Source: Zygnema circumcarinatum SAG 698-1b
Lineage: Eukaryota; Plantae; Zygnematophyceae
Length of the DNA stretch: 64,000 bases
Direction: 5' to 3'
Assembly (NCBI GenBank): GCA_037447605.1
Contig: CM074813.1
Coordinates: 2,666,001-2,730,000, forward strand
Part shown: positions 23,477 to 35,779 of the stretch, one piece after another
Layout of the letters: the number at the start of each line of letters is the position of its first letter
Numbering within the stretch: the stretch's first letter is position 1
The notes under the pieces: model-generated
The model's input: the letters and a program-made list of their open reading frames with translations, nothing else
What the model was told of the DNA's origin: nothing
The model's database searches: none
Made by a program: the position numbers and the translations under genes

Positions 23477-24606
23477 ATGGCGCTCTCACAGAAGGAGGCG
23501 GACATTCAGATGATGCTGGCGGCGAAGGTGCATCTCGGCACCAAGAACTGCGACTTTCAGATGGAGAGATACGTCTACAAGCGAGGGACCGACGGTACTC
23601 TCTATCTCTCTCTCTCTGTCACTCTCTTTCTCTTCTTCTCTTTTTCTCTCTGAATTAGTTCTCTCGATATGCTGCTTTGACGGTCTCTAGTTGGGGCAGG
23701 TCTTAGGGTCGATTGGATTCGGGTCGGTGGCTGCAATGGGTAGTGATGGAGGTGAGGGAAGCTTAAGAGGAGAGAAGGAGAGGGAAGGGAGGAAGTAGGC
23801 GCAGCTGAGGTGTGGTGGAGGATGGGAAGGAGAGGGAGGAGCTTGGAAGTGGAGAGAGAGGAGGTTGAGAGGGAGAAGGACAGAGAAGGAGAGGAGATTG
23901 GAGAAGCAATGTGAGGAACGAAAGGAGTGGAGAAAGGAGCGGTATGAAGATGGGAGATGGGCGAGCGAAGGGAAGGAGAGAGGTAGGGAGGGAGAGAGAG
24001 AGGATGACGACAGTTGGCAACAGTGAGAGATGTGAGAGGAAGTGGAGGGAGCAGGATGAGAAGAAAGATGAAGTAGAGAATGCGAGAGGATGGGGAAGGG
24101 CAGCCACCGGAAAAGGAAAGGGGAAGCCCAATTACTTTTTTTTTCTTTTTTTTAACGTTTAACTCTTTAGGATAATATGGGTTCTAGAGATTAAACATAG
24201 GGGTTTGGGCTTTTCTGGCATAGAAAAAGCTTAAGAGTTTTGATGCCAAGTCCCTCTGGGGTGGAAAATCAGAGGTTGAACACTTCCTTTGCATCCTTAC
24301 ACGTAAGCCGAAGGAAAGAAGGGTCGGATAAGAAGATAGAAAACACAATATGTCAAGTTGAACATATTGGTTTCGATTATGCACGAACGTTCGTGTTCAC
24401 ACCGATGGCTGACACGGTGCATTAAATCTGATTCAGATGATGAATCAAATTTAGCGACTGTTTTATTTCAGCTGATTTTTATGTATGAGAATTCTCAGTA
24501 AAGTCTATCTTTTGAACCTGCTGGGATGCTACATTCCCGGCCGAGTGATGTTAAGGATCACCAGAATAGACTTCCTTCTGTAGTGACATAGGACTCCCCT
24601 GTCTTT

Positions 24607-24651
<45 letters not shown>

Positions 24652-25234
24652 ATGTGAACCATGCCTAGTTCGGTTTAGGCATTCCACGCACAAAATCCCA
24701 AACTCTATATTCCCAGCAGAAAACCAACCAACTAACAACGCTGTGCTCCATGCCCCCCTGTTCCCTGCTCCCTGCTCCGTTCCCCACCTCCCCCCTCCCC
24801 CACCCAACTTACTGCCTCCATGCCCCCCACCTCTGTTCATGACTCGCGCTCTCTATCTCACCCTCCCCAATCCGTGCCCCCCTCTTCCCTGCTGTTTCTC
24901 CCCCTCCCTCCCTCCGTTCCTTTCCATCCCTTCTGTTCCACTGCGCTCCGTGTTCCCCCCCCAGGCATCTACATCATCAACCTGAGCAAGACTTGGGAGA
25001 AGCTCCAAATGGCGGCGCGTGTGATCGTGGCCATTGAGAACCCGCAGGACATCTGCGTGCAGTCCGCGCGGCCGTACGGACAGCGCGCGGTCCTCAAGTT
25101 CGCGCAGCACACGGGCGCAGTCGCCATCGCGGGCCGCCACACGCCCGGGACGTTCACCAATCAACTGCAAAACACCTTCACCGAACCGCGCCTGCTCATC
25201 CTCACCGACCCGCGTGTCGACCACCAGGTGGGAC

Positions 25235-25280
<46 letters not shown>

Positions 25281-27079
25281 TTTTCTCTCACTCTTTCTCT
25301 TTCTCTCTCTCCTCTCTCTCTTTGTCTCTCTCTTTCTCTTTCTCTTTCTCTCTCTCCTCTCTCCCTCTCTCTCTCTTTGTCTCTCTTTCTCTCTCTCACT
25401 CGCTCTGTTTCTCTTTTTCTCTCGCTCTTTCTCTTTCTTTCTCTGTTTTCTGCGCTGTTTTTTTTTTATGCGGTTTGAGGCACGGATGTGTGGACTTATG
25501 CGTTCGGTCTGTAGGGCTCCGCTTCCGCTCGTGTGGAGGCGGCGTGTCAGTCTGTGTAGGGAGGTCTTTTGGCGTGAGATTTTTTACTCTCTGTTTTCTA
25601 CTTCTGTGAGAAACCTTTCTTATATCTCTCTAATTTGGAATCTGTCTCTATCTCTGGAGCTCCTTTCATTTTCGTTTGAGCTCCGTTTTTCTCGGCAGCT
25701 CTTTCCTAATCCCCCCTTCTTTCAGTTCTTCGTCTCTGTAGCTACCTCTCGTTTCTTTCTTCTTTGCATTTTTCCTCTTTCCCCCCACTCTCCTGCCCTA
25801 TCTATCTCTTCTGCATCTCCCTTATCTCTTCAACTGCTTATCTTCCTCCATCCCTTACACTTGGAAACCATTGTTCGTTTTCTTATTTTTCTCCCTCCTT
25901 CCCCCCCCCCCCTCCTCTCTCCCTCCCCGCAGCCCGCTAACGAGGCCGCCATGGGCAACATCCCGGTGATCGCGTTCTGCGACACGGACTCTCCCATGAA
26001 GTATGTGGACATCGGCATCCCCGCGAACAACAAGGGCCGCCACAGCATCGGGTGCCTCTATTGGCTGCTCGCGCGCATGGTGCTGCAAATGCGCGGCACC
26101 GTCACGGCGGCGCAGCCATGGGACGTCATGGTTAGTCACTCACTCAGTCACTCAGTCATTCAGTCAGTCACTCTGTCAGTCACTCAGCCAGTCAGTCAGT
26201 CAGTCAGTCAGTCACTTAGCCAGTCACTTCGTCAGTCAGTCAAAGCTCCTCCTTATCGCTGCAGGGGAGGGGCTCCACTTCATGGGGGGGGAGAAGGGGA
26301 AGGGGGGGGGGAGGGGGAGGGAGGGGGAGGGGGGAGGAGGGTTTGGGGTTTTGGGGGTTTGGGGGGACTGAGAGGCTTAGGGCAGTGGCGTTAGGGGGGT
26401 TGAAGACTTGGTTGGGGTCTCGAGGGTCTGGAGGGATTCGGGTTTATGAAGTTTGCCGTTTTTTGTTGGGGTTTTGAGGACAGCGAGTTCGAGAGTTCGG
26501 AGGTGAAATATTAGGCTTTTCCTGGTTTGGATTTTTTAGAACTTTTTCAATGCCCTACGCGCTTTCAGCCTTTCTGGATTTTTAGATTTTCTTTTAGGCA
26601 CCGAAAGCAGTATAATCTCATTACGTCTAGTTCGCGAACCCATTCTATTTCTATCCAAAATCACTACCATCTTCTTCACCTCACGTCTAGAAACACGAAT
26701 ACAACAATTGTCGAAACCTCTCCAAGTCATTCCTCTCAGACTCCACGACCACTCCCCTCCTCTACCCCTTCCGTTCTCATTCTCCCTCTCTCTCCCCCCT
26801 GCTCACTCCTCCCCCTCTCTCTCCCCCCTACTTTCCCAGGTTGATCTGTTCTTCTACCGCGAGCCGGAGGAGTCGAAGGAGAGGGAGGAGGAGGAGGGTG
26901 CTCCCGTGCCTGAGTTTGGCGGAGCTGAATTCAGTGCTCCTTTGATGGGCGGACCTGTGCCCTCATTGACCGATGCGCAGTGGGAGACCACTCCCGCTAC
27001 AACTGAGTGGGAGCCTGCTACAGGTAGGCGGCCTCCCGCAGACTCCACTACCTCAGAGAGGATGGAGTGGGCTTGGTAA
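23477..27079 (+). CDS. RPSA: 40S ribosomal protein SA (uS2)
   Basis: Exons 23477-23594, 24965-25227, 25933-26130, 26840-27079. Motifs [88 protein letters not shown]. Confidence 0.99.
26131..26240 (+). repeat. (TCAG/TCAC)n tetranucleotide-type array starting at the RPSA intron 3 donor
   Basis: gttagtcactcactcagtcactcagtcattcagtcagtcac... read directly. Confidence 0.85.
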
Positions 27080-27806
27080 TTGGGGAGGGGGGTGGGGGAG
27101 AGAGGAGGGCGGAGTTGGGAGGGCGGGAGGGAGAGGGGGTTTAAGATGGATAGGGAGAGGGAATGGGGGAGGGAGAGAGGGGAGTGGGTTGGAGGGAGTG
27201 CGGGGTCAGGACAGGGGGAAGGAAGGTCGAAGGAGAGGGTGGGAAGAGAGGGAATTGTGTTAAGGTGAAGAGATGAGGGAGGAGTTAGGAAGAGGGAGGG
27301 GGAACGGTGGGTAAAAAGAGGGAGGTGGTGTTTGGTTGGGGGAGGAGGGCGGGAAGAGGGAGGACGTGAGAGGGAGACGAGAGTTTGAGTCTTTGCAGTA
27401 GATGCGCTGGAGGGAGAAGCACTGGTCTTCGTAGGTTTGCGGTTTTGGAGGTTTCAGGTCTCCAAGTATTTCGGTATCTATTATTTGGGCGGGTTCAGGT
27501 TTGGATACTTCAGGGTTTTGGGGTTCGCCGCGTTTGGGGTTTTGAGCCGTTTGGCGGATTCCATCCGCCCAACGGTTGGAATCCGTTTTTGAGAGAGAAG
27601 CAAGAGGGCGGAGGAACTTAGTGCGTGCCTTCTTCTGTATGTGTTTGGTGGGCCGCGGAAGAGAAGGGGTCAAAGTCTCAGTGGTCAGCTTTAGAGGCAA
27701 CAGTTCCTTCTCGGGCCCCGTATTGGCCCCGTCCTGCATGGGGTCAAGGCGAGGGTTCAGAAGGGCTTTCAGAGTCTACAGATGTGTCCATCTCCATAAC
27801 CTCCCA

Positions 27807-28400
27807 AACCCTAACCCTTAAACCCCAAACCCTAACCCTTAAACCCCAAACCCTAACCCTTAAACCCCAAACCCTAACCCTTAAACCCCAAACCCTAACC
27901 CTTAACCCCAAACCCTAACCCTGAACCCCAAACCCTAACCCTTAACCCCAAACCCTAACCCTGAACCCCAAACCCTAACCCTTAAACCCCAAACCCTAAC
28001 CCTTAAACCCCAAACCCTAACCCTTAAACCCCAAACCCTAACCCTTAAACCCCAAACCCTAACCCTTAAACCCCAAACCCTAACCCTGAAACCCCAAACC
28101 CTAACCCTGAACCCCAAACCCTAACCCTGCCCCAAACCCTAACCCTGAACCCCAAACCCTAACCCTGAACCCCAAACCCTACCCCTGAACCCCAAACCCT
28201 AACCCTGAACCCCAAACCCTACCCCTGAACCCCAAACCCTAACCCTGAACCCCAAACCCTAACCCTGAACCCCAAACCCTAACCCTGAACCCCAAACCCT
28301 AACCCTGAACCCCAAACCCTATCCCTGAACCCCAAACCCTGACCCAAACCCTGACCCAAACCCTGACCCAAACCCTTATTCCTAAACCCTAAACCCTAAA
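27807..28400 (+). repeat. Interstitial telomere-variant satellite, 20-21 bp higher-order unit (AAACCCTAACCCTGAACCCC / AAACCCTAACCCTTAAACCCC)
   Basis: Many tandem units read directly, ending in canonical CCCTAAA repeats at 28381-28400. Confidence 0.92.
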
Positions 28401-28627
28401 TTTTGGCGGCTGGTTGAGTCTTGCAGAGGGGCGTGTGGCGGCGGGCGTCCCTGTTCTCGGGTGGGATCTGGCGTGGGCGGAGGCCAGCTGCGGGCGGCGA
28501 AGCGACGGGAGGCGGCGGGCGGCGCCTCACCGCGGGGGCAGCCTGGGGCTGGGAGGCGAGTCGGGTGGCGCTGGGCAGGCTGGGAGGCCGCGCCGCCTCA
28601 GTGAGAGAGGGAGAGGGAGAGGGAGAC

Positions 28628-29564
28628 GGAGAGGGAGGAGGAGGAGGGTGCTCCCGTGCCTGAGTTTGGCGGAGCTGAATTCAGTGCTCCTTTGATGGGC
28701 GGACCTGTGCCCTCATTGACCGATGCGCAGTGGGAGACCACTCCCGCTACAACTGAGTGGGAGCCTGCTACAGGTAGGCGGCCTCCCGCAGACTCCACTA
28801 CCTCAGAGAGGATGGAGTGGGCTTGGTAATTGGGGAGGGGGGTGGGGGAGAGAGGAGGGCGGAGTTGGGAGGGCGGGAGGGAGAGGGGGTTTAAGATGGA
28901 TAGGGAGAGGGAATGGGGGAGGGAGAGAGGGGAGTGGGTTGGAGGGAGTGCGGGGTCAGGACAGGGGGAAGGAAGGTCGAAGGAGAGGGTGGGAAGAGAG
29001 GGAATTGTGTTAAGGTGAAGAGATGAGGGAGGAGTTAGGAAGAGGGAGGGGGAACGGTGGGTAAAAAGAGGGAGGTGGTGTTTGGTTGGGGGAGGAGGGC
29101 GGGAAGAGGGAGGACGTGAGAGGGAGACGAGAGTTTGAGTCTTTGCAGTAGATGCGCTGGAGGGAGAAGCACTGGTCTTCGTAGGTTTGCGGTTTTGGAG
29201 GTTTCAGGTCTCCAAGTATTTCGGTATCTATTATTTGGGCGGGTTCAGGTTTGGATACTTCAGGGTTTTGGGGTTCGCCGCGTTTGGGGTTTTGAGCCGT
29301 TTGGCGGATTCCATCCGCCCAACGGTTGGAATCCGTTTTTGAGAGAGAAGCAAGAGGGCGGAGGAACTTAGTGCGTGCCTTCTTCTGTATGTGTTTGGTG
29401 GGCCGCGGAAGAGAAGGGGTCAAAGTCTCAGTGGTCAGCTTTAGAGGCAACAGTTCCTTCTCGGGCCCCGTATTGGCCCCGTCCTGCATGGGGTCAAGGC
29501 GAGGGTTCAGAAGGGCTTTCAGAGTCTACAGATGTGTCCATCTCCATAACCTCCCAAACCCTAA
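28628..29564 (+). pseudogene. Duplicate of the RPSA last-exon tail and downstream sequence (copy of 26878-27814)
   Basis: Constant offset of 1750 bp; the ORF track translations are identical in both copies; the copy lacks the exon's splice acceptor and first codons. Confidence 0.85.
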
Positions 29565-29679
29565 TCCTTGACGCCTTACATGCCCACGTCCTTCAACCCC
29601 TTCGAAACCCTTCCACTCGCTCTCTAACCCTACACCCTGCAACCTAAGCCCTAACTCCTTAATCCTAAACCCTCATCCC

Positions 29680-30076
29680 TAACCCTGAACCCCAAACCCT
29701 AACCCTGAACCCCAAACCCTAACCCTGAACCCCAAACCCTACCCCTGAACCCCAAACCCTAACCCTGAACCCCAAACCCTAACCCTGAACCCCAAACCCT
29801 AACCCTGAACCCCAAACCCTAACCCTGAACCCCAAACCCTAACCCTGCCCCAAACCCTAACCCTGAACCCCAAACCCTAACCCTGAACCCCAAACCCTAC
29901 CCCTGAACCCCAAACCCTAACCCTGAACCCCAAACCCTAACCCTGAACCCCAAACCTTAACCCTGCCCCAAACCCTAACCCTGAACACCAAACCCTATCC
30001 CTGAACCCCAAACCCTGACCCAAACCCTGACCCAAACCCTGACCCAAACCCTTATTCCTAAACCCTAAACCCTAAA
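29680..30076 (+). repeat. Second copy of the 20-bp telomere-variant satellite
   Basis: Same AAACCCTAACCCTGAACCCC units and the same terminal gacccaaaccctgacccaaacccttattcctaaaccctaaaccctaaa as at 28340-28400. Confidence 0.9.
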
Positions 30077-32264
30077 TTTTGGCGGCTGGTTGTCTTGCAG
30101 AGAGCGGTGCGTTGGTCCGGCCCCGGGCGGGGACTCGCGCGGTGCCCCTCGCGCGGCGGCCAGCGCATGAGGCGGCGGCCGGCGCCCTCCGCGGGGGGAG
30201 TGCCCGGGGGGGGGGGCTGGGAGGCGCAGCCGGTGGCGCCGGCAGGCTGGGAGGCCGTGCCGCCTCAGTGAGAGAGGGAGAGGGAGAGGGAGACGGAGAG
30301 GGAGGAGGAGAGAGGGGGAGAGGGGGGAGAGGAAGGTTAGCATTAATGGATGGATGATGTGTAAGAGAGCGGAGCGGAGGTGCAAAGAAAATGCTCATTT
30401 TGGTCCATTTGTGGAAGAGAGGTGGGGGGGGAGGGGGAATGGTGGGGGGCGTGTGTGGGGGCTTGTGGGTGTTTGAGGGTTTAGGACTGTGCTGGAAGGC
30501 CGGTCCTTGAATCCTGAACCCTAATCGTATGTGCGTCTCTGTTATGGATTCTGTGGGCATGAATGAGTCTTGAAGACAACCTGACAGGAAGGGGAGTTTG
30601 GCATGAGAAAGTGACAGAAAGAAGGGAGGAGAGAGAGTGGGAGGGGAGCGGGAGAGGGTCTTGAGGGCAGTTGGAGGGGAGAGAGAGGGAGGGGATAGGA
30701 GCGGGAGAGGGAGAGAGAAAACGAGGGAGGTGAGAGAGAGAGGGAGAGTGAGGGAAGGAGGGATGGAGTGGGAGTGGGAGAGGGATGTTAGGAGTGCCGT
30801 GGGAGCAGAGAGAGAGAGGGAGGCGAGAGGGGGAGGTAGGGGAAGAGGAGAGAGAAAGAGTGGGAGGGGAGCGGGAGAGGGTCTTGAGGGCAGTTGGAGG
30901 GGAGAGAGAGGGAGGGGATAGGAGCGGGAGAGGGTCTTGAGGGCAGTTGGAGGGGAGAGAGAGGGAGGGGATAGGAGCGGGAGAGGGAGAGAGAAAACGA
31001 GGGAGGTGAGAGAGAGAGGGAGAGTGAGGGAAGGAGGGATGGAGTGGGAGTGGGAGAGGGAGGAGCGGGGAGAGGGAGTAGTAGAATTTCGTAGAAGTTC
31101 TTCTACGAAATTGCGCAGTAAATAGTTCTTGTACAAAAAGGAGAATGGGTCAACCTGTTCAGTGTAAGCCCGGTTGGGCACCCCTCCCGGGCCCCCCCCG
31201 ACACATGCGCCGCCTGACGGACGGCTCGCGCAGTTGACCGTTGTTTATAATTCCCAGCGGGATATATTTTTTCGTCCTGCCCGTAAAGCTATTCGTTCCT
31301 TAAGCTTTCGGGCAGTTCCTTATTTGATCTTCCGTACGCCATAAGACGTCCATCTGCGCGACGTCAGTCGATCGGACGGCTGTGAATACTTTTGACGATA
31401 TCCAACAAATTTCGGTCAGAAAATATATATATATATATTTTTTTTTCCAAATGGTAGGTCCTACATTTGAGATAACAATTACACTCTAGGTCCCTCGCTC
31501 GGCCCTTGCACTACCGGACGGCCGTTCGGCCCAACGGCCGGCCTCTCCACCAATCCGTGCGCGCCACGTGGACAGCCTCTCAAGGAGCCAAATGAGGGCA
31601 CCCCGCCGTCCCGCGGAACGGCGGGTCGTACGGTCTCTCTTTGACCGTACAGGATTTTTGTCGGTGATTCAACGGATTCCGCAAACTGTGGCACATGGAA
31701 ACAAAGCGTCCCGCCCATTCGTTATTTCTGTGCTTGAAATTCAGCTCGCCCTGCGCTCGCACTCCCTCCAGGGCCTGCTCCTCACTCTGTCGTTCTCTGT
31801 AGAGAGTCTCTCTCTCTCAGTCTCTCACTCTGTCACTTTTCGTCTCTCCGTGCTTCACCCTTGTCTGGCATCCCTATTAGTTCGTTCACTCCTTCCCTCT
31901 CTCGGTTTCTTCCTCCGATTCCTCTCTCTCTCTCCCTCTTTGCCCTCTGTGTTCCCTCGTCGTCTCCCTTTCCCATTGTCTTCTCTCTCCCTCTCGATCC
32001 CCCCCTTCTCAATTCCTTGCCCTCTCCTCTCCCTCCATTCTTCTTTCTTTCTTTCTCTCCTCCTCCCTCTCCCACACTTTCTCTCAGACGTCTCTCCCTC
32101 TCTCTACCCCCTTCTCTCCCCCCCACTTTTCCCCCACCTCTCCATCTCCTCACCTTCCCCACCTCTTCCTCCCTCCACTCCCCTCCCCTACCCACTCCCT
32201 CCCTCCGCCCACTTCTTACTTGCCCGCCCACCTCTTCTTCCCTTCCCCTCTCCCTCCTCCAGTC

Positions 32265-34325
32265 ATGTCCTCCGACGCCGTCCAATCCGCGGCCTCCCGC
32301 GGGAAGACGGCGGCGCTTGCAGAGCTGCTAGCGGGCGGCGCGCAGTGCATGGCGGCGGACGAGGCGACGGGGTCCCTCCCGCTGCACTGGGCGGCGCGCG
32401 GCGCGCACGCGGCCTGCGCGGAGCTCCTCCTCCAGCGCGCGCCCGCCGCCGCGCACGCGCGCAACCTCGCGGGGAACACTCCGCTGCACTTCGCCACCGT
32501 CGCCGGCACGCGCCGCGTCGCGCAGCTGCTCGTCGAGCACGGGGCGGAGATCAACGGCCTCAATAAAGTAAAAACAGCAGGGAGGCTAATTGGGAGCGGG
32601 GGGGGGGTGGGGTTGGTGGAGGNNNNNNNNNNGGGTAATAAGTGGGGGGGGGGACTAAGGGGAGGGGGATGGAGCGCTTAATGGGAGGGGGGCTGCTAAT
32701 AGGGTGTAGTGGGGGGGGGGGGGCTAGTTTTGACATGGAGGGGTATTTGGGGGAGGTGGGGGAGAGGACCTAACTTTAAAGATTGAGGAATGTTGAGGGT
32801 TGGGTAAAACCGTCAGTTTTGGGATTGAGACATGGTTGGGAAAATGTTAGTCTTTGAAATTGACGGATATTGGGTGGGATCGGTGAAGGGGGAAGGGCAG
32901 AGGGAGACCCCATTTTTTAGAATTGAGGTATATTGGGTTTTGCGTGTGAGTTATGAGAATACAGGGACGTTGGGTGAGGGGGGCTTGGATATTTAATACT
33001 GGGATTTGGGGATTTGTATTAAGGCGTTGGGACTGCAGAGTTGGAGGGTGTTAAACTGTTATTTTTGTTTTTTTAAAGTGAAGAAGGGTGCGAGCTTCGA
33101 ATGCAGGGGAGTGTGAGGAAGGCGTTTCAAAGGCAGGGAGTGGGAAGAGAAGGGGAGATATGAGACTGATTCTATGCTCCCTTCTCGGTTCTCTGCTGTG
33201 TTCCGTTTGATAGGCTGGACAGACTCCGCTCCATGGAGCCGTCGGACAGAACTGGGACCATGTGGTGGAGTATTTGGGAAGTCTCCGTGATGACACGTGT
33301 CGCGATTGCAAGAAAAAAAAGTGTTCAAAACACATGGTGGATGTGAATGCTCAGGACGCGGTACGGCTCCTCCTTTCATGCATTCAACTCATTTGACTTC
33401 CTTAAAGAGACCTTTGGGGTTTAGGGTTTAGAGTGTTTGAGGCGATATGCTTGCAGGAGTCCTGGAATACAGAAATCTATGTACGTTTTTTCAGGTTTTT
33501 TTTAAGAGTTTTGGATGGTAGGGTTGTTTGATTTCTTTGCCTTATCTTATCTGGTTTGTATGGCGAGCTTTTGTTGATTGGGTGTTTAGAATGGTCGGAC
33601 CCCTCTTCACTATGCGAGCCATCTGTTTGGCAGCCAAGTGTACAAACTGCTGCTCAGCCTTGGGGCCGATCCCACCATCAAAGATGATGTAAGTGATGGG
33701 AGGGAGGATGAGCTCTTAAGCGGGGAGGGGGGGAGTGTGAGAGAGAGATTGAGAGAGAGTGAGTGAGCGCGAGAGAGAGAGTGAGAGAGGGAGGGAGGGG
33801 GGAGGGAATGGTGGAAGGGTGGGGAGGAATAGGGGGGAGGGCACAATGGGCCGACTTTTACCGAAGTTTGAGTATGCAAACAAGTGATTTGCTTTAGTCA
33901 ACCATGGCGGCTTTCCATTGTTCAGCTCAAATTGCATGAGCCCTTGGGGCTGATAAGCCATTAAGAGTTGCGATCTTTAAATCCTAGTAAAACTCTAATC
34001 CTGAAACCTCTATACATGTCAGATTTTTGAACCCCTCTTTTGTCCTTTTTTATATTTGCGACTTGCGTTGATATGCTATCGAGTTTTCGTCCTTAATGCG
34101 AAGCTCAAATGCTTTGTGGCCTCATTCTGTTTCGTTGAATTCCCGTGTGGTTTGTGTTCTGTTGCGCAGAACGGTGAACTGCCAAAAAGTCCCACGGAAA
34201 AATACAAGGAAATTTTTGCAGAGAACGCGCCCGTCATGGCGGCCGTTCTCGTTGCGATTTTTGCGTATATCTATTACATTTACAAAGATAAACTGTCATG
34301 GAACTCGCTGGGACAATTATTCTAA
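32265..34325 (+). CDS. Small ankyrin-repeat protein (~234 aa) with a C-terminal transmembrane anchor
   Basis: Exons 32265-32567, 33214-33360, 33590-33688, 34170-34325, all phase 0. ANK motifs GSLPLHWAA, GNTPLHFA, GQTPLHGA, GRTPLHYA..LLLSLGADPTIKD; hydrophobic tail VMAAVLVAIFAYIYYIY. Probable 5'UTR intron ending at 32262. Confidence 0.88.
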
Positions 34326-35097
34326 TAAAAAAACAGAGCTACAACTAAATTTCTTGAACATGTGCATTATTTTTCTTTTCCTTTATAAGCAGGAGGGTTC
34401 GTCCAGCAGGGGTTTCTAGACTAGGAAAAATTTCACATTCGTATACTTCAGAAATCAGTACACGCTGTCCCACGAAATAGGCAGCAACAACGAGATCAGA
34501 AGTACTTCCTTCAAACCAAATTTCATGTCGACTTTGTCAAATCTGAAACTCAATAAAAGTGAAACCAGGCACAAGTTTTCCATCACATTTAAATGTGACG
34601 TAACTTAGGAACAAAACATTTCCATGCTCTGTTCCGCTTAACGGAGGTCTGTTTCCATGCGAACTGACGGCATTGAAATGGCTTTAATGCTAAATGAAAC
34701 CACAAAGGAAGGATTTTTTTTTCCCCTCCTGAAAGCCTTTTCCCAGGTTACAATCCGGGATCGCTGTCTCTTGAGCCAAGGTTATACCCAAGGGTTTATC
34801 TCCTTATAAACCAAGCAGACTTTGCATGGCCATTATTGTGGAGCCTATCAAGGAGCACAACCTCAGGAAAAGGCAGAAGGGAGCTCCATTCCGGGCAGGC
34901 AGAAAAAATACCCATTCCTGCGTAAAAAAAATTACCCAGTGCCTCCATTCCTCTCCAAACTTTTTTAAAATTAAACATTCCTCGCCTATTTACATGCGGC
35001 TAACAGTTGTCCTTTGTTTTGTCGCGTACATCGAACCGAGAAGATGGCCTTCACGAAGGAAGCCGTCTCTCTCTCTCTCGCTCCCCCCCCCTCCCTC

Positions 35098-35149
<52 letters not shown>

Positions 35150-35779
35150 CCCTCGCTCGCTCTTTATCCAAATCTCCGTCCCACTCTCTCCCCTCTCCTG
35201 CACTCATCCTTACCTCGCCCTCCACTCATTCTCCCTCTCAATCCCACCTCTGTTACCTGTTGAGTCAAACCTATGACTACATTAAGCAAAAGCTACCTAC
35301 AGCCTCTCATCTTAATCTTCAATTTCACCGATATGGACGAAAATGGCTATTTACAAAGCCTTAAAAAAAAAAGGTCGGATCGGACCTTGACGGCAAATGG
35401 GGTCCAAAGCGCGGACGTTAAATTTCGAGACGGACACAAATTGGGAAAAAGTTTACCAATTTCCATGTCGTCCTTTGGCCCAAAGTTCCAGTTCTCCGAA
35501 TATTCCAAAAGTGTTCACACAACGAACCGTTCATAAAAAATGAAGTTTTTGTGGAGGTCCCATAGTGTGAACATGCGCCACTTTCCACGTGTCACGTCTC
35601 GTCACGTACGCCATGCCACGTCACGCTGGACCATCAAAAGGATATCTCAGTTTCAGTTCAGTTTTTGTCGTCGAGTCGCCGCCGTTCTATGTACGGAAAA
35701 TGCCGGTTTGGAATGGTTTTTTTTTGCGTTCTTGACCCGGGGGGAGGTGGGGAAATTTTGTTGACCTCCGAAAGTGGAA

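Noticed and set aside
24230-24600. Possible intronic box C/D snoRNA in RPSA intron 1 (GATGATGA...CTGA near 24437-24475)
   Set aside because: The box spacing is only about 40 nt, with no terminal stem or recognisable rRNA guide; not supportable without a covariance search.
27807-30076. A true chromosome end
   Set aside because: The arrays are variant, internal and flanked by genes on both sides.
30072-31181. 369-aa minus-strand ORF ending QPAAKI*
   Set aside because: It starts at GTG, is mostly CT-repeat translation, has only a weak GAG acceptor for a putative last exon, and its GC-rich end disagrees with the duplicate at 28.4-28.6 kb.
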